Shown here: in pieces, positions 13,301 to 25,100 of the stretch
How the letters are laid out: each line of letters starts with the position of its first letter
Position numbering within the stretch: the stretch's first letter is position 1
Assembly (NCBI GenBank): GCA_965202585.1
Contig: OZ241828.1
Coordinates: 41,168,001-41,232,000, forward strand
Reading direction: 5' to 3'
From: Thalia democratica
Taxonomy: Eukaryota
Length of the DNA: 64,000 bases
Notes under the pieces: generated by a model
Database searches by the model: none
What the model was told of the DNA's origin: nothing
What the model saw: only the letters and a program-made list of their open reading frames with translations
Program-made: the position numbers and the translations under genes

Positions 13301-16300
13301 TTTTAACTAATTTTAAACCAAAAATCATAATACTATTTTTTAAATTTGTCATTAATAAATGTATCAAAAAATTTTTGTCTTCTGTGTTGTTAAAAGTTAT
13401 TTTATTAAAAAGTATTGTTATAGATAACAATGTTTTATAACTTTTATTTATTTTAAGTAAGAAATATATTATAACATGATTTTATTGCTTAAGTCTGTTA
13501 GTTATTAGCTAGCTTATTTAATTAGCAGAAAAATTTCATCTAGATTATTGTTATAAACAATAAAAAATATCAACTACTAAGATTTCTTCAAGTGCAGGTT
13601 CGATTTTCATTATATTTTTATAATTTTTTTTAACAAATTGAAAAAAATAGTAACTAAAGTGTTATGTCAATCTTTCAATACCATAACAACCACAAAAAGA
13701 AGACATGTGGAATAATGAAATAACAATAAAAAATAAAAAAGTATATTAACTTTCATTTAGTCTTCCTAAGATTTGCAGTACATTTATAAGTTGAAAAAGG
13801 TGTAAGTGGAAGATTAATTTACCTTTGATTTAAAATGCTCCATTATCGAAATAAATAATAATGGAGTAAATTTTTGATCGCCTTAAAAACAATAGATTTA
13901 TCTTACAGTTAAAGCTTGAGTGTAAACTTTTTTATATTGTTTTAATAATACTTTCTAACGTTTCAATAATTTTTTTAGTCTTATGTATAAAACAAGGGGT
14001 AGGAAGATAAACCACGGACAAATTTATTAAAAAAAAATCTTGTGGGCGGCACTGTAATACGAAATGTAGTTTAAGAGCCTAAAAATAATCATTTGTAACA
14101 AAATTTATATTACTAATTAATAAAATAATCAGCAAAAAGCCACATTTCAGATCGTAGACTTTAGCTTTGTCGAGCCGTAGCATGTAACAAGCTATAAGAA
14201 AACTGTGGTGTATTTTCTTAAATAAAAACAATTATTGAAGTTTTCTTTTGAAGTTTAACATTTAGAGCTAAATTATTTTTTCTTCACATTATACAAAATA
14301 ACTGTAAGTAGATTTGTTTAATGTAGATCTGTTTAATGTAGATTTGTTTTTATTTTTGATTAAAAGGTAATTAAATAAAAAAAACTAAAGATAGGGCAGG
14401 TAGAACAATAAGTGATTAGCTCAAAAGTCACTTGTTTAATCTTCAGATAACGTTTATCGTTGCAGAGGGGAGAGTGAGTTCTGATGTTTTCTACCTTTAA
14501 AAAAATAGATAAAGCTTGTTGTATTTGTTAGTTTCCATATATTGACGGGTGCATTCTTTTGCAATGTTCGCGCATGTTGGTTTAAATCATGAATATTTGT
14601 TAATGACTATAACTAATATTTACAAACATTTATGCTAAACAGTGTGGGAACTTGTTCTGTAAAATCTCTCCTAGTAACACGTTACTATTGCTTTTTATAC
14701 ATAAAAAACTTTAATAACTTAGTCTAGAATTTACAGCATGTTGCAGACCGAACTGTTTAAGATAAAAAGTTTATGTGAGACTCATTTTATTAGTTATAAG
14801 TCTTTACTTTTAGAAAAAGTAGTTCAACAGTAAACTAAAATTTGGTCGAAAATAATATTACCGGTTTTATGGAATTTTTAAATAATATCATCTCTAGCTA
14901 CAAACATTTTCATACGAATATTGTATTTTGCTCGATTTTAGTTATTTTTACTCAGTGTGTATTTTTTATAATCTTAGTTATGTAGCCTTGAAATATAATC
15001 TACGTTTTCAATTACAAAAGGAAATAAGTATGCATTATAGCTAAAGTTATTTTGGTTCTTTAGTAAAAACGTAGTTAGTTCTAAAAGTAGTAAAAACAAT
15101 ATTATATAAACAAGTAATATTATTAGTACAGAGTTTATAAGAGGCCCCTTAAGAAAAAAAAACAGAAGCTTAAAATGCTATGGTTCCCTGCAACAAGAGT
15201 ACTTAACAAACTACCTGTATTAAAACCTTGGACCATTTTATCGCTTTTCACCAACTTAAGAATATTTAGTGTATTTATCAGGCTCTTTTGTCAATTTATA
15301 AGTATTTAAGCTTGATAAAAATTTTCCCTTTTTGTCTCATCACTGTTTTTTTAAACTTCAAAAACTTAAGCTAGGTTTTGTATGCTGACGTGGATTATTT
15401 TGCCTCTAAGAGTGGCAACTCCATATAAATTTATTTAATAGTAAGTATTTATCAACCTACTGTAATCTTTTATTTAAGATTCTGTAACAGAAAACATGCA
15501 CCTATTCAATACGATTGCAAACCATTATAGTAGGTAGATTTAAAACAACTTTATATGAAAATTTAATAATATGCTCACTAATGGTTACGTTCTGTATATG
15601 TTCAACAGAATCAGGTAGCCATCAGAAACATCGACACCTTAGACGACAACACCCACCTTATGTCATCCAATGCTTATTTAACTAAGCATTTATTGAAATT
15701 TTGCATGGTTATGGTAAAAACAATATATAGTTATATTTTAAAGGCGCAAAAGTAGTTATAGACATGAATTATGTTAGCAATTTTATAACAAAGTTAAAAA
15801 AGGCTAAGTAAACCTTATTTATAACTGTTCTTAAACATTTTAATATTATGCATAGGGCTTCCACAAAGCCAGGTAAGTCAAGAAAAAATAAAAGATTGCG
15901 AAAAAAAAACCCGGAATTTTGATATAAACATGTTCTTAATAAGTAAGTTTATCATCTCTTAATACTACATTTTGCTGATTTTATCTTCTAAAAATTTAGC
16001 AATTTATTTCAGAGTCTAACTCAGTTTTTGGAGTAAATTAAAAACATCAAGTCATGGTTATGTATTTTGAATAAGTTTTGTTAAGAATTTAATTTAAGGA
16101 TGTCCGGAAACTTTTTCAGTTCCATCCGTGGAAATCCTGTATGCAACAAATTTACATAAAAATGATGCATAATAAACATGGGTCTACAAACTATGGTATT
16201 CAAAAAGCAAAAATTAGGGTTTGCGAAACTTTTATACTAATAATAATTTAATACAGAGTTAAACCTTAAAAGCTTCATACATAAAATATATCATTATAGA

Positions 16301-16828
16301 TTATAATCATACTAAGTGATAAAATTTACGATACAAAACAATATCAAACATAAATTGCGATTTGATTAACTGAAATTATTAAGATGTTGTTCTGTAAAAC
16401 ATTTATTTAAAACAAAAAAAAACAAAACGTGTTTGGTACTGAAAACAGTTTATGAAAAATAACTTTATAAACGAATAGAATTTTTTTTTAATTTCTAAAA
16501 ATAACAAAAATAAATTAAGATTATTTATAAGCTAACAAAGTCACATTTAGGAAAAATCTATATATTGTAGTTTTTGTTTAGCTAAAAAACGACGGATGTT
16601 CTAACAGTTTGTCGAAAAAATATTAAATTAAAGTTTTGTTTTACTTATTCGCAAACAGTTAAAAGCTAAATTAAAAAAAAAATCAACAGTATATATCGAG
16701 TTAACCGACCAAGTTTTGTGAAAATTTCACGATGGTTAATGTTTCGAGTAACCTTTTGATTTTACTTAATAACGTTTTTGTTTCTTGATTTCGTAATCCA
16801 GAATTTCATTTGTTATGACATTAAAAGG

Positions 16829-16922
16829 TATCCGTGGTGTGCGATTCGATAACCGAAAGGTTCTTTGTGCACCGGGTGTTAGGAGCAAATATTTTGAATG
16901 TGCTTTTGTTGTCGTTCAATAA
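16829..16922 (+). repeat. Dispersed ~100-nt two-hairpin repeat (representative copy)
   Basis: Consensus ggtgtacgactcgataaccgaaaggttcttcgtgcacc..ttgagcg..cgytcaataaac. Related copies: 6538-6629(+), 12382-12478(-), 5422-5440(-, partial), 19628-19665(-, partial), 62365-62430(+, partial), 63797-63850(+, partial). Confidence 0.75.
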
Positions 16923-17125
16923 CCTATAATAAAGTATTAAAGTTTATTTAAACATATTAAAAACCACTAATTTTGACTTTGAAATTCACCACAAAAGTTT
17001 TTTCCACTGAAGCTAAGATAGAACTGATGAAATATTAAATTGCTTACAGCTGTTTAAACAGTTAAATTAACTAACGCAAACAAAATACTAATCCTATATC
17101 TTTAATGAAAAAAATTTTAATGACA

Positions 17126-17500
17126 CATCGTTGGGCAAACATTCATAAGGTATCTAACAAAAAATTAACTTTGTGTTTATGCAATATTATTTTGAAAACA
17201 ATAAGAGTTTATTATTAAAATCCACTTTAAAATTAATGACTCTTTTGTTCCTGTTTATTGCACAAGACTTTTTCAAAACGTGGCACTTTGCTGCTGATAG
17301 CAATTCGCATGTCCGCCTGTGCATTCCAGCGATTTCTAGATTTTGTTTTGATTGACAAAATACTACTAAATCCAGATTCGCACAAGTAAGTCGTCGCGAA
17401 TGGGATGAGCATACTTTGTGCTTTTTCACAAAGCCTTGGAACATAACCATTGTACAGGACCAACATTGTTCCAGAGTTTTTCTTTCAAACTGCGTTAAAG
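17126..17500 (-). mobile_element. hAT (Buster/Charlie-type) transposase C-terminal remnant
   Basis: ORF 17233..17466 encodes LIPFATTYLCESGFSSILSIKTKSRNRW..DMRIAISSKVPRFEKV..KQEQKSH, the hAT dimerisation-domain signature. It is frameshifted upstream. A degenerate TIR catcgttgggcaaac lies at 17126-17140. Confidence 0.85.
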
Positions 17501-17880
17501 AAAATTAAAAACTTGACATAATTAAGGATTAGGTACTAAGTAAAATATTGTATTCCAAAAAGTATAAAAAAGTTAATTACTGAGACATTTATTTTGTATA
17601 ACATTTATTTAACAAAAAAATGCTTTGGTCTATGACCTTGTCAACTTGTCATTTAAGATCTGAAAAAATAATGAGAAGTGAGGAAAAGGCACAAAAAGAG
17701 TAAATAAAAATTAGGCTTAAACTTAAAACAAAAACATTTTATACATTTAAAAATTTTATTATAACAATTGAGTTAGGTACTAAAATATATAGAACAAACT
17801 GTGCTAGGTAAAGCTATTTTCAATTAAAAACTATAAATAATAAATAGTGAGCTTTACCACACGACCAACAGCATCTGAGA

Positions 17881-17916
17881 CAACATTTGTCCTTTTTAGG
17901 ACTCATTAGGCTGGCA
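17881..17916 (-). ncRNA. Truncated hammerhead motif (second repeat unit)
   Basis: Minus strand reads tgccagc-CTAATGA-GTCCtaaaaaGGAC-aaatg. Helix II is perfect, but GAAAC, helix III and the cleavage triplet are deleted. Confidence 0.55.
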
Positions 17917-18190
17917 TAGTCGCGAGAAACCGCTATTGAGATCTTACCAAGCTGGCTTAAGTAAAATATACTGAAGCGACCGTTTTTGGGTAAAGTTGAA
18001 AAATTTGACGCAGCTAAATCATTCACAGCCCAACTTCTCAGACATTGTCTGCTTATTATGAAATTATAGTCTGTGCTCGTTTGATCAGTTTAAACTAATA
18101 TTTATTTAGGCCATCACTAACAAAGTCGAGATGTTTGCGCGATCAATAATAAATAATGAACTCTACAACACGACCAACAGCATCCGAGAC

Positions 18191-18235
18191 AACCTACGAC
18201 CGGTTTCGGCCTTATTAGGACTCATTAGGCAGACA
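18191..18235 (-). ncRNA. Minimal type I hammerhead ribozyme motif (core variant CUAAUGA, probably inactive)
   Basis: Minus strand reads tgtctgc-CTAATGA-GTCCtaataaGGCC-GAAACCGGTC-gtaggtt: helix I, core, helix II, GAAA, palindromic CCGG helix III, GUC cleavage triplet. This is the architecture described for Penelope-associated minimal hammerheads. Confidence 0.7.
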
Positions 18236-18635
18236 TAGTCGCGAGAAACCGTGATTACCTGAGAAACAATTAAAAACTATTAACTAACGACAGTAAAATA
18301 CTTATTAAAAAACTAAAAGATATAATAAAGAAAGTTTTTAAAAGATATAATAAGTATAACAAGCTTTAGATTTAGGTGATGGTAGTAATAGTTGTAAACC
18401 AACAGTTAAAATCAAAATAACAACTAAATTAGTATTGAGTTTGATTGCTTCGTTAAAACTATGAAACTTGATAATGAGTAATAATCAAAACTTTAATTTT
18501 CTTAATGATTTTAATTACTTGGTAGCTTTAAAAATCGATAGTTATGCTTTGCTTGGTAAAAGAAATCTAGTCTTACAGTCGCCCAAGTTAAAGAAACAAA
18601 TTTAATCTCTTTATTTATCAAACAAAAATGAAAAG

Positions 18636-18665
18636 CCATCTCGCACCCCTGGTTAGAAAACCCTG
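18636..18665. mobile_element. Terminal fragment of a Buster-type hAT MITE
   Basis: ctcgcacccctggttagaaaaccctg is followed by atcTAggt, matching the nnnTAnnn target pattern of Buster elements. A copy lies at +19,544. Confidence 0.5.
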
Positions 18666-19106
18666 ATCTAGGTCATCCGAGTCTAAGATTTCAAGGGTCA
18701 GCGTATTCGATTAGCGGGATTGAACAAGTTCTCCAAGTAAACATCTTCAAAAGTACTTTATAGTTTATAAAAGTAGTTTGAAACAACCTAGTTTAAGGTA
18801 TACTTTAACGAAAACTTTTAAGTATATTTTTAACGGGATTAAAAATTAAATAAAAATGGTTTAATTGCAATTCATCTTTTAAACGATGATTTTACTTTTT
18901 TCTAAAGTTTACTAGCATTTAAACAGGCGGCCGAACCCTGCGTTAAATCGAGACTCGAGTTTTGTTTTAATTAAAACTTGTCTTCTGGTTGCAAAAGAGG
19001 GAGCTCGCAGTCGAGGATCAACAAAAAGTGTCTCCGTTCAAAAGTGACAATAAAAAGTGTCATAAAGCTATAGTTTGCAATTAAGATCGATAGTACCGAT
19101 ATTTGG

Positions 19107-19660
19107 GGTGTACGACTATTCAAATTCTGACAATTTAAATTCCGACAACTCAAATTCGGATAACTCAAACTCGACAATTCAAATTCCAACAACTCAAGTT
19201 CGACAATTCAAATTCCGACAAGTCAAAGTCGGATAATTTAAACTACCACAATTGAACTTTTTAAATAAGACGACTAAATTGTACACATATGTTATAATAA
19301 ATTATATAATGCAAATTAAAAATTTTATCATATGTTTCTTTTTTGATTTGAGATATTAAAGTTTTTATAAAATTATTTTTTTAGTTTTCGAAAGATATAT
19401 AAGCTTTGCTAAAAAATAAATAAATTACTAGATGTAAAATTATTTAATAGAAATAAACGACTATAAAGATAATGTTTAAAAGTTTTTGAATAATTTTAAA
19501 CATAAAAATTAAGTAACCTTAAACATTATGTATAATTTTTTTTATAAATGTAAAAATTATCACTATTGTTATTGTTTATTGAAAGATAAAAAAACGGTCA
19601 ACAAGTTTAGACTAAATACCTGGAGTAAAAAGGAACTTTTCGGTTATCGAGTCGTACAAC
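19107..19660. mobile_element. Non-autonomous DNA element with GGTGTACGACT inverted ends and an internal 15-bp minisatellite
   Basis: ggtgtacgact (19107-19117) and agtcgtacaac (19650-19660) match 10/11 as inverted repeats. caattcaaattccga-type 15-mers run from ~19120 to 19255. No TSD found. A copy lies at 38651-39204. Confidence 0.5.
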
Positions 19661-20784
19661 ACATGCTTATAAGTTTCTTAGGGGCTATTAAACTAATTTT
19701 TATCATTTAAATATCTAAATCTTCAGTAATAAAACAATAAATTAAACGAAACGAAATAAAAGCAATGTAAACAAAAATTAATTGAATTTTGTGATTAAAA
19801 TGTACTTAAATACTTGTTCAGTTACATAAGAACTATCAAATTTATATAACTTTAAATTAATTTAAAAAATAAGACCAACAATACTTATAGGAAACATGTG
19901 AATACTTGAATGATAGATTACAACCTCTATAAAAAAAGTCAAAATGTGTAACGCTGAATAATTTTAACGTTTACTTTTATCTGTAACTTTTTTTTAAAGT
20001 TTAATTTTTATTTTATTTAATAATTTTACCTGAAAAGTAAAAACAACTTTACATTTGAAAAGATAAATAAACAATTGTATATATTTATAACAATTTTAAA
20101 GAAATTAATTCTACCATAACTGAATTTAACTTTTATAAACGAAAATATAAAGATAAATATTGTAAAATTTTAGCTTTTAATAAACAAATATTCGTTGGAT
20201 AATAAATATTTCACCCTTGACCGAATTAAAACTAATTTTATAAAAACAAAAACTCGATTACTAAAAATTTACTCGAAAGTAATATTTTAAGCTAAAACAT
20301 ACGACTTTTTATTAAGTTTTCGGAATCATCTATTTGTGGCATCCTTGTGCTGAACAATATATTAACAATTTTTTAGAAAGTCATCTTATTTCATTATCTT
20401 CTCTCAAGTTTTTTTTAAAAGTAACGAACTCGTTTGAATTTGGCTTTTTTAGTTGACTTACTGTTTGTTAGTCTTTGTTTTTTTTTTGGTTTTTTGGGTT
20501 TGTTTTCGTCGCTTCGGCTGTTAAGCCGAAGTGTTTCATGTCGAACTATTTTGTTAGTACAATTCGTTGTAGTTTATTGCGAATTTATTCTTTGTAAAGT
20601 CTAAACTTATTGACTCGATTTCTTTACACAAGTAGTTTAAGCTTTCAAACAAACTTAAAAACCTACTTTAATAAATTATAGTTTAAGTAATCTAACTGCT
20701 TTGAAAAACTATTTCAATAAACAGCATTTTAGGTTCCATCAAAAATTATAATCTGTTAGATTAAAAGTATTATTCCTTTTATTA

Positions 20785-22165
20785 CTTTTCAAAAGTTTAA
20801 AGCTTATTATCAAAAGATTTTTTTAAATGATATGATGGTAGTCTTGTAGTGTTTATCAACAAAAAATAACTAAAAAGTAATAAAAGTTCGTAGAGTTATT
20901 GAAAACTTACAAACTTTATAGCAATAAGCATTTAAAGAGTATTATTATTAAATTTACTAATAATATATAAGTATGTAGGTATAATTGCCTTTGAGTTTGC
21001 ACGCATATACTAAAAAGAGTTAAATATTTAAATTGCAATAAACTAGATTAAAGTTACATTTAGTTGTATTGGTTTGGCAATCTATTTCTATAGTTTTTTT
21101 TTTGTTTTAACTTATAACTATTATTAATTTTTGTTAACTCTTCATTTAAATTTGATAACCTATAAAAAAAGTATTTGGTCACGAAAATTATACAATTTAG
21201 TTTTAATGATTAAAGTTTTATCAAATAGATGGCATTGAGATTGGAAGACTTTTTATTCTTGCTAATATTTTTGTCGATAGTTATCAAAATATTCACAATG
21301 GATAGCAGCACGCAACTTTTGTATTTTAGGTAGGTTAATGACAGTTTTGCTATTTTTTCTTTCTAAAAGTAGTGTCTACAACTTCTTTATTTCGCTAAAT
21401 AAGACGTATAAATGCATAGTTTATACCTTTCAAGATGAAATTTTCAGAAAAATAAAATTTTTAGACATAAAAATTATTGGAAACAGAAACAAGACCTTTT
21501 TTACTACCATGTTCAGAAAAGACAATTTTACTGCACATTACGAATCCTTGAAATCATTTTGTCCTACGATAAAAAAACTGAAGACCATACAATGCATAAC
21601 TTATAGAGCCATTAAAATTTGCACGGCCGACTGCTTGAATTTAGAATTGGACAATATTTACAAAAAACAATTCTCATTAGGTTACCCCGCAACAGTCATC
21701 ATGAAGACAATAAAGGCAACTCTGTCCAAAATGAAACCGCTTACCATCCTTCGGCCCACATTCTTGCCCAGTCTACTTCCTTATATGGATGAAAACTCAA
21801 TTAAGCTAAGCAAACCTCATTAGCTAGATTATCCAACTTTAAACGCGTTCCGCTACGTGTTGTGTACAACAAAGGAAACTTCTACCCGTAAATTAAGTAA
21901 TGTAGTTTTATAAATTGCGAAAATGACTACGTAGGTCGTGCGTCACAACTTTTCAAGCGTACGTCATATTAAACACTTTTAAACTTTAATTGCCAAGTAA
22001 AGAAGGTGTCCATTCATAAATATCTGCTCAACTGTTTGTGCTGAAAACTTCATGGATAGTAGAAAGTTCTATCTAGAGCGAGAAACACTGCTCTCAGTTC
22101 TAGAAGAATTTTTCGCTAAAACTCGAGTGCCGAAACTTTTAAAACAACCAGATTTCATAATTTAA
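20785..22165 (+). mobile_element. Degenerate Penelope-like retroelement (duplicated copy)
   Basis: Copy of 1241-2620; ORF 21338-21823 is identical to 1794-2279. Confidence 0.85.
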
Positions 22166-25100
22166 AACTATGGAAATAGCAAATTTTTATTTTTTTGTTA
22201 TTGTTGCAGCTTTTTGTAAAGCTTTACTTTTTAATTCAAGTAAAATTTTCATAGTACTTAATGTTTTCATTCTATTAATTCAACCTTAAAAAAGCCTTAA
22301 ATCCGTAAAATTTAACTCAATTCTTTTTAAAACCTTTACACAGACTTTTACATTTGACTCTTAATAATTGTCTATTTTAGCTTGATGTTCTAAAATCTTT
22401 ATTCTATGCTAGAATTTGTACTTCAATTTTATCAGTTTTTAGCAACTTTATTTTGATGACGTGCAAAACAAAACTTATAAATAAACTTTCTTTTAAAATC
22501 AGTGATTTATATTATAATCTTTTTAATATAAATCAGTACCAAAAATCAGCGCCTTTTCTAATTTTCATGCAAACTTTTTATTTGTTCACAAAATGTTCAG
22601 ACAATAGCTGTTATAAACTACTAAATTTTCTTACAAAATGACATTATCACGTAAAATAAGATTACCAACCATTTTTGTAACCATCTTGATTTTCTTGGTT
22701 ATCTTCAATTTCTCCACTTTCATCAGCCAATGATAATTGTTCATTGACATTGACAAAACTAACGTCACTTAGTGTTGAAGTGTCGCTTAGTGGTGAAGGC
22801 TACATTTCACTTAGCAGGCTAACATCTTAAAGTTTTTGTTAAGTAAATATACAAATTTACATTATATATTTCATGTGAAACTGTTTAACTGTGAATGTAG
22901 TTTTATTCTTTACATAACTTGTAATTTTAGATCCCAAGTCATTAATGTTTTAAACAGCATGTTTTGTTGTCAACTTAAATAGTAATCATAATTTCAATAA
23001 AGTTTTTCAACAAAAACCAACCATTTTCGAAGTTTTCTTCGTCTTGAACAGGTTTACCATTTGCAAAATAAGCGATCAAATTAAAAAGCAAGAACAAACA
23101 AAGCTTCTTACTAAATGTTAAAACAAGTTTCAAGTAGTGTGTGCTAGCGAAGAAATTTACTGGCAATGTATACTGCTCTCTAAACCTACGCAGATAAAAA
23201 CCCACAAAAATTAGTTTTAATTTTAGTAACACCACCTTCGCTTATTTCCTGAAGTGTCTGCACGTACACTTGTACTAAAAAGTTCAAAGTACAAACATAA
23301 GTAGCTTTGATGTTAAATAACTGACTTTTTAAACAGTTAGTTGTTTTTAATCACATTTAAGTACAGATTACAACCAAAAATAAACAAATAAATCTGTTAA
23401 GAAAAACACGAATAAATTTTCAAGATTTAAATATTTTTTTTTGGTTTAATGAAATAATATTTGTAAAATAAAACTAATTGAACAAACTGTTATATTAAAA
23501 AAAATGAGTTAGCCATTTAAGCTTTCAACAAGCCAATAAATATAAACAAAAATTTGAAGTCTTATTAGCACTAAACTAAAGTTAAATCTACATCTTTTAC
23601 ATGCAAAGCGTTTAAAGTTTTGTTAAGCTTTTAGCTAGTCTACTATTTCTATAAACTTTACACATAACAACTTATTTTTTTAGGAAATCTACTTTTCATT
23701 TAAATAAGAAAAATATTAAAAAATAAAAAACAACAATTTATTGATGTACTTAAAAAAAGACTGAATAAAAACACATGTCATATACTTCAGAAATATACCG
23801 AGTATATAATTTATGTATGATATACCTTATTTAACTTTTTGATGAGCTTTCAACTATTTCTGCTTAAAAAAACATTCAACATTGGACTAAATTATACTTA
23901 TAGTAATAATTTTACAACCGTTAAATTAGTTTTGATATTTATTTAATTTGTTTGTTTTCATAGAAAATTGTAGTTTAAGCATATTTTATGCTTAGTACAT
24001 ATTAGTTTAATATAATAACAACTTTCAGGTAAGTTGCCAACACAAACAGACTTACTTTATCTTGTTCTAATGTTGTTTTTCGTGTTAAATATTCTATTTT
24101 TGATTTCAAAGGGCCTAAAAGGGAGGTCCAACAAAATTGCTCACAAAAATTAACATTGGTTATTTTATGAGCTCAGAGTCTATACTTTAAATTATTTTTC
24201 ATAAAACAAACAAAATTCCAATTAATTTTTGACATATAATTAGTTTTGTATAAATAAATCCGATATAAGCATAAAGAACTAAAAGTTTCAAATTTTCTCT
24301 GAACTTTTAAAAGTTTAATAAAATTCTATCTCTCCTTCATTTTTTAAGAAGTTGACATCAATTTTTTAGCAAACTTTTTTTTTGCATTATAAGGAAAAAT
24401 CTAATTCAAGCTATTTTTAGAACATTAATGAATAAAAGTTTTAAGACCAAAAGAAGATAAAAGTTAATATATTTTCTACAAATTACAATAAAGAGTATAT
24501 TTTAATTTTCATAGTTATTTTAAACCTACAAAAAAAATGTTTATTGTTAAACTAAGATTAAAATGTAAAAGTTTGAGAAAGACTGCTTAAAACCTGCAGG
24601 AGAAAATAGTTTTTAAATGAATTAGTTTTTTTTACAAAGCGCAGAAATTGCTTCAATATCCTTTTATTTGCGTGTTTCTACGGCTAACGACGCAGTTTGG
24701 GGTGCAAACAAGTTATTGCTGTTTAGTGTGGATTGATTTTTATCCGCTTGAAGACCACTGACATAGTAAATCTTTTTAAGCGGGGAAAACTCACCAACTG
24801 TTGCTGCTGGTATCTTCTATTTAGCTTAGAGTTAGTGATAAACTATTTTAACAAGATTATGTAGATAAATCATTTTTTATGGTCAAAATCGATGTTAAAT
24901 AATATTTAGTTTATTTAAGATCTTAAGAAAATCTGATGTAAAAAATCCATTCGGACCGAGAGTCTCGGTCATCGAGTCGTGCACTACTTGCTGTGAACTT
25001 TAATTTAACAAGCTTAAAAGAAATCAAAGGTAAGACATTATAGTTATGCAATTTTTGATAATACAACTATATACTAAAACAATAAATAAGTATTTCGGTT

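Larger units (their letters stand above)
17834..18250. repeat. Imperfect ~309-bp-period direct repeat carrying the hammerhead motifs (PLE pseudo-LTR or retrozyme-like)
   Basis: aataataaata..acacgaccaacagcatc..gagacaac..aggactcattagg..catagtcgcgagaaaccg occurs at ~17834-17932 and ~18143-18251. caattaaaaactat brackets the region at 17821 and ~18268. Confidence 0.8.
1241..20776. repeat. Tandem segmental duplication, copy 1
   Basis: Every ORF between 1794 and 19710 recurs with identical translation at +19,544. Identity starts at cttttcaaaag (1241 = 20785) and ends at gtattattcc (20776 = 40320). Confidence 0.97.

Noticed and set aside
14520-14640. Minus-strand NMREHCKRMHP resembling the end of a BED/C2H2 zinc finger
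   Set aside because: Surrounded by stops, with no upstream CxxC pair recoverable; too short to call.
17126-18665. One continuous hAT element from 17126 to 18665
   Set aside because: The two ends are different TIR types and their flanks (taatgaca vs atctaggt) do not form a TSD.
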